This document shows, piece after piece, positions 61,084-64,000 of a DNA stretch of 64,000 nt. Origin of the DNA: Spirochaetota bacterium (lineage in GTDB: Bacteria; Spirochaetota; UBA4802; UBA5550). The notes below the pieces were generated by a model that had not been told where the DNA came from, ran no database searches, and saw only the letters and a program-made list of their open reading frames with translations. Position 1 is the first letter of the stretch. Each line of letters starts with the position of its first letter. The DNA lies in assembly GCA_963664815.2 (NCBI GenBank), contig CAXXHB010000003.1:2240001-2304000 (forward strand). Reading direction: 5' to 3'. Both the position numbers and the translations under genes were made by a program.

Positions 61084-62205
61084 TTGAACAGAGTTATTAT
61101 AGATGACACAACATTCAACAGATTGCGCCCTCTTGATTCACTGAGAGGATTTGCTGCAATTGGGGTGGCATTTTTCTGGCATTATAAACATTTTAATTAT
61201 ACATATTTTGCTGCAAATCCTGAATCTCTGCCATTATATTCTTTATTTAAATGGTTTTATCTCTGTGGCTGGAATCTTGTAGATTTCTTTTTTGTACTTT
61301 CGGGTTTCATTTTCATGCATGTGTATTCAAAACAGATTTCAAATGATGATATTAACCAAAGAACATTTTTTATATTACGGATAAGCAGGCTTTACCCTCT
61401 TCATGTAATTACTCTTTTTATCGTGGCATTTATACAATACTACAGGTTTTTTTCAGGTAAAGGTTTTTTTCAGTGTGATATAAATGACCTGTATCACCTC
61501 ATATTAAATCTGCTTTTTATTCAGGCTGGATTTTTCGAGGATGGGCTCTCTTTCAATGGGCCTTCATGGTCTTTGTCATGTGAGATGGTAGCATATATTC
61601 TGTTTTTCTACGTTCTGAAAAAACAAAAGAACCCTTTGCCTGTTTTTATTCTTTTCATATTTGCAGGAATGAGCATTCTGCAAAAACAGCTAAATGTTCC
61701 TCTATTTAACGCTTCGATGGGTAAGATGCTGATCGGTTTCTTTGTGGGATGTATTTCTTTTTCATTAAATAATAAAATTCATGAACTTGAAAAGAATAAA
61801 AAAAACATGCTGTTTATTACTATTCTGGTTTTTTCTCTCATTATAGGAATTATGGTACATAAAGCTGGTTATATAAAAATTTTCGGGCACTGGGAGAGGG
61901 TTATGCCTCTGCTTGTTTATCCTCTTCTTATCCTTGTTACGCTCAATGTTTTTTTTCTTTATAAATTTTTCTCAATAAAACCATTTACCTATCTCGGTGA
62001 TCTGTCTTATTCAATATACCTTATCCATTTCCCTGTACAGCTCATGATGGTAACTTTTCTTCCGATGACCGGTATTGTCCCGAATTATAAGAGCTGGACA
62101 GGACTTGCTATTTTTATTTTTACAACAATAATTATTGCAGCTTTATCATTTCATTTTGTTGAAAAGCCTCTGCAATCCTTTATAAGAAGAAAATTTATAA
62201 CATAA
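61084..62205 (+). CDS. Membrane O-acyltransferase family 3 (OafA/YrhL-like)
   Basis: LDSLRG, VDFFFVLSGF, RISRLYP, WSLSCE, LGDLSYSIYLIH, VEKP. Confidence 0.92.
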   Translation: MNRVIIDDTTFNRLRPLDSLRGFAAIGVAFFWHYKHFNYTYFAANPESLPLYSLFKWFYLCGWNLVDFFFVLSGFIFMHVYSKQISNDDINQRTFFILRISRLYPLHVITLFIVAFIQYYRFFSGKGFFQCDINDLYHLILNLLFIQAGFFEDGLSFNGPSWSLSCEMVAYILFFYVLKKQKNPLPVFILFIFAGMSILQKQLNVPLFNASMGKMLIGFFVGCISFSLNNKIHELEKNKKNMLFITILVFSLIIGIMVHKAGYIKIFGHWERVMPLLVYPLLILVTLNVFFLYKFFSIKPFTYLGDLSYSIYLIHFPVQLMMVTFLPMTGIVPNYKSWTGLAIFIFTTIIIAALSFHFVEKPLQSFIRRKFIT

Positions 62206-62229
62206 AAAAATATCAATTAAGACGTCTCG

Positions 62230-62901
62230 CTAAAGTACTTTAACACAATTATCGCACAGTGGTGAATCTGCATTCACATGAAATTTCATTCCGCACATAT
62301 GGCAATATTCCCCCTCCTTCGAACTTTTGTTACTTTCCGATGCACAGTTGCTGCAATAGGTTTTATTCAGGTTGTATGAAATTGGCATAGCACAATTTAT
62401 GCAGAATCCATGGTATGCCCTTTTGATCTTAACTGAAGGTCTGTCAATCTCGTCAACCGGCCGTTTATGCAGGTTCATATTATCAGATGAATTTACTATA
62501 GCTTTTATCTGGTTATAAGTTTTTTTATACAGATCAGTATCATCTGTTTTGTTTATCAATATTCCCATCTCAATGCTTTCTGAATCTCCCGACCTGAATA
62601 TATCCATCGAAGTTATCATAACATTTTCTTCATTACAACAGCACCTTGCATTAAGATTCACTGAATTATAAATTTCTAAATTGTTAAACTCAGCCAGCAT
62701 ATTTTTCTCTTCAGGATATAAATCTTCACTGGCATAAACTATAACTAAACTATTACAATTTTCTGATGATACTTTAAGCGCTTCATAAAATGGTCGGTCA
62801 AGCTGCAGGTATGGCATAAGCAGATTGAGTTCATCCTTTGCCTCTCTTATAATTTTTTCGACATAGAATGAAATACCGCTTGTTGTAAGAAATTCCGGCA
62901 C
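62230..62901 (-). CDS. Phospholipase D-like nuclease domain protein (degenerate HKD) with C-terminal Zn ribbons
   Basis: PYLQL...LNARCCCNE...ITSMDI...EMGIL; four CxxC pairs. Confidence 0.7.
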   Translation of the reverse strand: MPEFLTTSGISFYVEKIIREAKDELNLLMPYLQLDRPFYEALKVSSENCNSLVIVYASEDLYPEEKNMLAEFNNLEIYNSVNLNARCCCNEENVMITSMDIFRSGDSESIEMGILINKTDDTDLYKKTYNQIKAIVNSSDNMNLHKRPVDEIDRPSVKIKRAYHGFCINCAMPISYNLNKTYCSNCASESNKSSKEGEYCHMCGMKFHVNADSPLCDNCVKVL

Positions 62902-63203
62902 AATATTACCTCTTTTGCTATATTATACTCTATATGCCATGAATTGGAATGAAGTGTCAATATTTTATTTAACGTTATATGATATTGTTAAAGCTGCAAA
63001 CAACCGTTAAGGTATGATTAATAATATTTAATTTTAACACCTTAATATGTTACCGGAAATTATTACTTATTAAAAACAATGAATTAAAAAATTGTATTAA
63101 ACACAATTTTAATGTATCATCATTTATATAGAACAGTTGTTAAATCCTGGCTGAATAGCCATAATAATTTAATTCATTAACCTGTTAAAAAGGAGAAGAT
63201 GAA

Positions 63204-64000
63204 TTGAGAATTTCGTTCATAATCCAGTCTGGACTTTTCCGAAGAATGCTGATAATGATCGGAACTATGGTATTTGTTCCTCTCGTGGCAGTTATTTCAT
63301 TCTCCATTATAAGTTCATACCAGATAGTTAAAAATGAATCGTTTTTATACGCTGAAAAATTTGGTGAATATACGGCAAGTCAAATCAATCTCGAGTTAAC
63401 GGGAAAACTTGAGATTATACGGACCCTTGCTTTTTTATGTGCTGATTTTCGCTCCATCCCATCTCCACTCCGACGTAAAATAATTTCTTCACATGTCAGG
63501 TCAATTCTTAAAAATAATCCGGACATAGTTGCAGCCTGGGTTCAGCTGGAACCTGGAGCTATTGAAGACGATTCTTCAGTTTATAAGGGGACAAAGCTTA
63601 CTGCACCTAATGGAGGATTTGACGCTACATGGTACCGTGTTCATGGAAAAATTATTCAGGGGAGTATAACTGATGATACATACAACGGAATATTCTATAC
63701 AATTCCAAAATTAAAAATGGAAGAGACAATTATTGACCCATATTTTTATTCATACACAGGAAAAGAAAATGACAGGATGCTTGAAACGAGTATATGCGTA
63801 CCTGTTATTACAGATAATAAATTCAAGGGGGTAGCCGGTCTCGATATTGCATTAAGTACATATCAGAATATATCCGACAGTGTTAAGGTTTTTAAAAGCG
63901 GATATGCCTCAATAATTGCCGGAAACGGCATGATTATTGCCCATCCGCAGAAATCCAGAATCGGCAGTATTATTATTAATGACATAGGACAGGACAAGTG
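63204..64000 (+). CDS. dCache_1 membrane sensor (MCP/kinase-type), 3' end outside window
   Basis: Manual translation from TTG 63204 (RBS AAGGAG): a TM helix, then WVQLEP...FYTIPK...IIDPYFY...SICVPV...GVAGLDI...IIAHP. Confidence 0.8.
   Translation, partial: MRISFIIQSGLFRRMLIMIGTMVFVPLVAVISFSIISSYQIVKNESFLYAEKFGEYTASQINLELTGKLEIIRTLAFLCADFRSIPSPLRRKIISSHVRSILKNNPDIVAAWVQLEPGAIEDDSSVYKGTKLTAPNGGFDATWYRVHGKIIQGSITDDTYNGIFYTIPKLKMEETIIDPYFYSYTGKENDRMLETSICVPVITDNKFKGVAGLDIALSTYQNISDSVKVFKSGYASIIAGNGMIIAHPQKSRIGSIIINDIGQDK

Overview
An AT-rich bacterial chromosomal segment, probably from an anaerobic Spirochaetota/Leptospirae-like organism. That placement is inferred from spirochaete-style lipoproteins, 7TM-DISM, NHL-repeat and FGE-domain proteins. 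1-5.8 kb: an AraC-regulated hydrolase/flavodoxin cluster ending in a tRNA-Pro 3'-end fragment (probable att scar). 5.9-11.9 kb: a decayed defence hotspot with Fic, a truncated ankyrin gene, a collapsed AbiE locus and a BglII-like nuclease paired with an MT-A70 methylase. 12-19 kb: surface and lipoprotein genes plus a structured GC-rich element. 19.6-23.7 kb: the standout, a single 1365-aa ORF fusing a complete CstA carboxylate/peptide transporter to Cache_2, HAMP, a class III adenylyl cyclase and a degenerate HATPase, with a candidate anti-SD sRNA transcribed divergently from it. The remainder holds a TetR with a molybdopterin oxidoreductase, a barnase/barstar-type pair, a 7TM-GGDEF-HD-GYP protein, an anaerobic acyl-CoA region, a Sec-containing selD operon, tRNA-Pro/Arg/His, chemoreceptors and envelope genes. 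No CRISPR array, rRNA, integrase or transposase was seen. All assignments come from motif recognition by eye; no database search was run.
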